Part shown: positions 37,600-39,969 of the stretch, in pieces
How positions within the stretch are numbered: the stretch's first letter is position 1
How the letters are laid out: every line of letters starts with the position of its first letter
Origin: Microthyrium microscopicum
Taxonomy: Eukaryota
Length of the DNA stretch: 39,969 nt
Reading direction: 5' to 3'
NCBI GenBank assembly: GCA_010405405.1
Contig: MU004241.1
Coordinates: forward strand, 986,350 to 1,026,318
Position numbers and translations under genes: made by a program
Notes under the pieces: model-generated
Seen by the model: only the letters and a program-made list of their open reading frames with translations
Told to the model about the DNA's origin: nothing
Database searches by the model: none

Positions 37600-38700
37600 A
37601 TTAGGGATAATAGACCTCTATTATAAAACTCTATAGCTTAAGACTTTTTAAGCTATAATAAATAAAATAGAATAGACTTTATAAAGTAGACGTCTAATAC
37701 TAATATAATATACTCTAAATATACTTACTAAACTAAATATTAGCTAATATAATAATTACTTACTAGCTAAACGAATGAATAGAGTTTTTAGACCTAACTA
37801 GGCAGATATAAGTTAAAGGTACTATTATTAAGCGAAATAGTACTTATAAATCTAGAAGTATTAATGAACTCTAAGCCTTAAACTCTAAGTTAGGCTTACT
37901 TAACTATCTAAAAACTAGCTTAATAATTTCTAAAAGAATAATTCCTATTAAATATTAACTAAGTCGTAATTCCTATATAGTATTAAACGCTACTTTTAAT
38001 AAAGCTCTAAAAGCTGCCTAAAATATAGGACCTATAAGTACCTTAAATAAGTCTTTTAGTAATAGCTAAGTATTTCTACTATTTATTTGTCTAGATTTGT
38101 CTAGAAAGCTAATAAATACTAATAAATATATAAGTCTTAAACTATTCTAGAAACCTTTTCTCTTTACCTTATTAATTATAATAACGTAATTACTTAGAAA
38201 AGCTTAATAGGTAACGTAGTATTATATAATATACTAGTATTTATTTCTTTTATTCTATTTTGTCTCTACCTTATTATATATATAAACTAACATAATAGTA
38301 TTAAAGTAGATTCTTCTAACTATAGCCCTTCTTAAGCTATAAGTAATAAAGACGCCGCGCTAGGTTATTTCTATTTATAGAAACTAAGATAAGCGTAAAT
38401 ATATAACTTACTACTTTCTAATATAGACTAAATGTTTATTTCTAGCTTAGGTAATTATCTTCTTAGTAATTGCCTTATATATAGTATAAATATAAATAAG
38501 CTCTCTTTATAATCTATATAATCTAGTTTACTAGTTTCTATACCTTAGTAGCTATATATAGCCTTTAAATAACTATTTCTCTCTAAGCTTATTATTATAA
38601 TACTAATAATCTTATTAATAAATCTAGTTTATTATAAGGTTTACGTTTACCTATAAGGAAAAGCAAATAAGAACCCATACTAAGCTAAAGTCTATATAAT
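37600..38700 (-). pseudogene. RIP-degraded unknown gene
   Basis: One minus frame reads coherently for over 290 codons (e.g. 'RQLLRR.LPELE.NIQS.LESG.LYIYAYL.F', 'PSAASSLL.AQEGL.LEESTL') with surviving caa/cag/tgt/gcg codons. Confidence 0.45.
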
Positions 38701-38799
38701 AATAGAGTTATTAAATTAACTATAAATAAATTAACCTTAGCTATTTTTAATAGTAAGTATAACTTAGATTCTTAGCTAGATTATTAAAACGGTGCTAGT

Positions 38800-39969
38800 A
38801 AGTAAAGTGTAATAAGTAATAAGCTCTAGAACTATTACTATAAAGTATATTTAGAAGAGGTACTACCTAAGTTTCTAACTATAGTAATTAATATTCTAAA
38901 GGTACTAACTATATTTAAGTATAACTAATTCTATAAGAATATAAGTTTGTTCTTATATCTTCTTAAATATAGTATATATAGGATTTAGCTAACTTTAAAA
39001 ACTACTTAAATATAGTATTATATTAGTTAGTATAGAATTACTATATCTAAATAGTTAAAGATATTATTATTAAATATTTAGACTAAGTAAAATATATATT
39101 AATTAGTACTATTTAACTCTATATTTCTAAGATTACTTAAGATTAAGAAACTAAATATATAAAAGTTTGCTAAGTAACTAAGAAAAAATAGTAACTTTAT
39201 TAGATTATATAAGTATAGCAAAAATAAAAAGAACGAACCTTATATAAGTTTATATTTTTAAATAAGACTAAATTATAACTATATATTAATAATACCTTTA
39301 AGAATATATATTATTTATTAGTAAGATAATTCCTTTTTTTATTAATAACTTACTATTCTATTTATATACTAATTATAAGCATAAAACTCTTATACTTAGC
39401 TAGGGTAGGAAATATTCTAAAAACTACTAGGCTATAAAGACTATAAAATCGCTATTTTTAGGTAAACTTATTATATATATCTATATATTTATTAAGTTAC
39501 GTATAGAGACTATTACCTAGAGAGTTAATAATTTTTAGTATAACCTACCTATATATTAAGGTAATTTAGGTTATTAAATAAATAATATAATACTAACTAA
39601 TAACTATAGTAAGTTATTAAAAATAGCTTAAATAATAGAACTTATAACTACCTTATTTAAAATAAAAAATAAGCTTACTTATTTAAAAAACTATTAGAGA
39701 TTTTATATTATATAAAACTAGGGTATAATATAAAGAGTAATAAGAGCTAATACTAGATATATATATTTCTAACTATAATAATATTAATAAGCTTTATAAA
39801 GTACGTTCTTTAAAAAACTAGTAATAATCTTACTAATATTACTATTTAGATAAAATCCTAGCCTATATAGAAAAATAATTATAATCTACCTACTTAAGAA
39901 GATAATAAGAACTAAGACTTCTTTAAGCTACTATAATATTTAGGGCGTAAGTAAAGTAGTTCTAAAGCT
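38800..39969 (+). pseudogene. Possible RIP-degraded gene running off the window
   Basis: Codon-like plus-strand stretch at ~39270-39560 (e.g. 'KH.TL.LSWGGKYS...WA.KT.KSLF.G'). No domain recognised. Confidence 0.2.

Larger units (their letters stand above)
1..39969. other. RIP-saturated AT-rich block (fungal repeat-induced point mutation)
   Basis: Roughly 80% AT by eye with TpA ubiquitous. CA/TG survive almost only as GCA/ACA and TGC/TGT, and TGA/TCA/CCA/TGG are nearly absent. Repeat copies differ almost only by C/T and G/A transitions. Only one ORF in the six-frame track for 40 kb. Confidence 0.95.

Noticed and set aside
1..39969. Starship captain (DUF3435), TET/JBP dioxygenase, or element TIRs
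   Set aside because: None was recognisable by eye. RIP could hide them or they may lie outside the window, so absence is not established.
1..39969. Mitochondrial, plastid or AT-rich bacterial origin
   Set aside because: No rRNA/tRNA or organellar genes were seen. Strand-symmetric CpA/TpG loss and transition-dominated repeat divergence are diagnostic of RIP.

Overview
The whole window is extremely AT-rich fungal DNA with the signature of saturating repeat-induced point mutation (RIP): TpA is everywhere and CpA/TpG are almost absent, which points to a filamentous ascomycete. No intact gene survives, and the single tracked ORF (5388-5789) looks like an antisense shadow of a coding tandem repeat. 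Reversing C>T/G>A changes by eye shows that the block was once gene-dense. Its core is a head-to-head pair of giant relic reading frames. The minus-strand frame (~20500 to ~10996, about 3,100 codons) ends in a recognisable Plavaka (CMC/CACTA-related DDE) transposase. The plus-strand frame (~21700 to 28881, about 2,400 codons) ends in a SNF2-type SF2 helicase/ATPase with motifs I, II, V and VI in one frame. A ~1.2 kb spacer between them carries a motif in both orientations. About ten further RIP-destroyed, unidentifiable gene relics flank the pair, many with in-frame tandem repeats, and the left end holds a scrambled mosaic of duplicated modules. Because RIP targets repeated DNA, the best hypothesis is a giant multi-gene Plavaka-type mobile element. 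No termini and no Starship captain were identified. All protein readings are manual de-RIP reconstructions, and gene boundaries are approximate.
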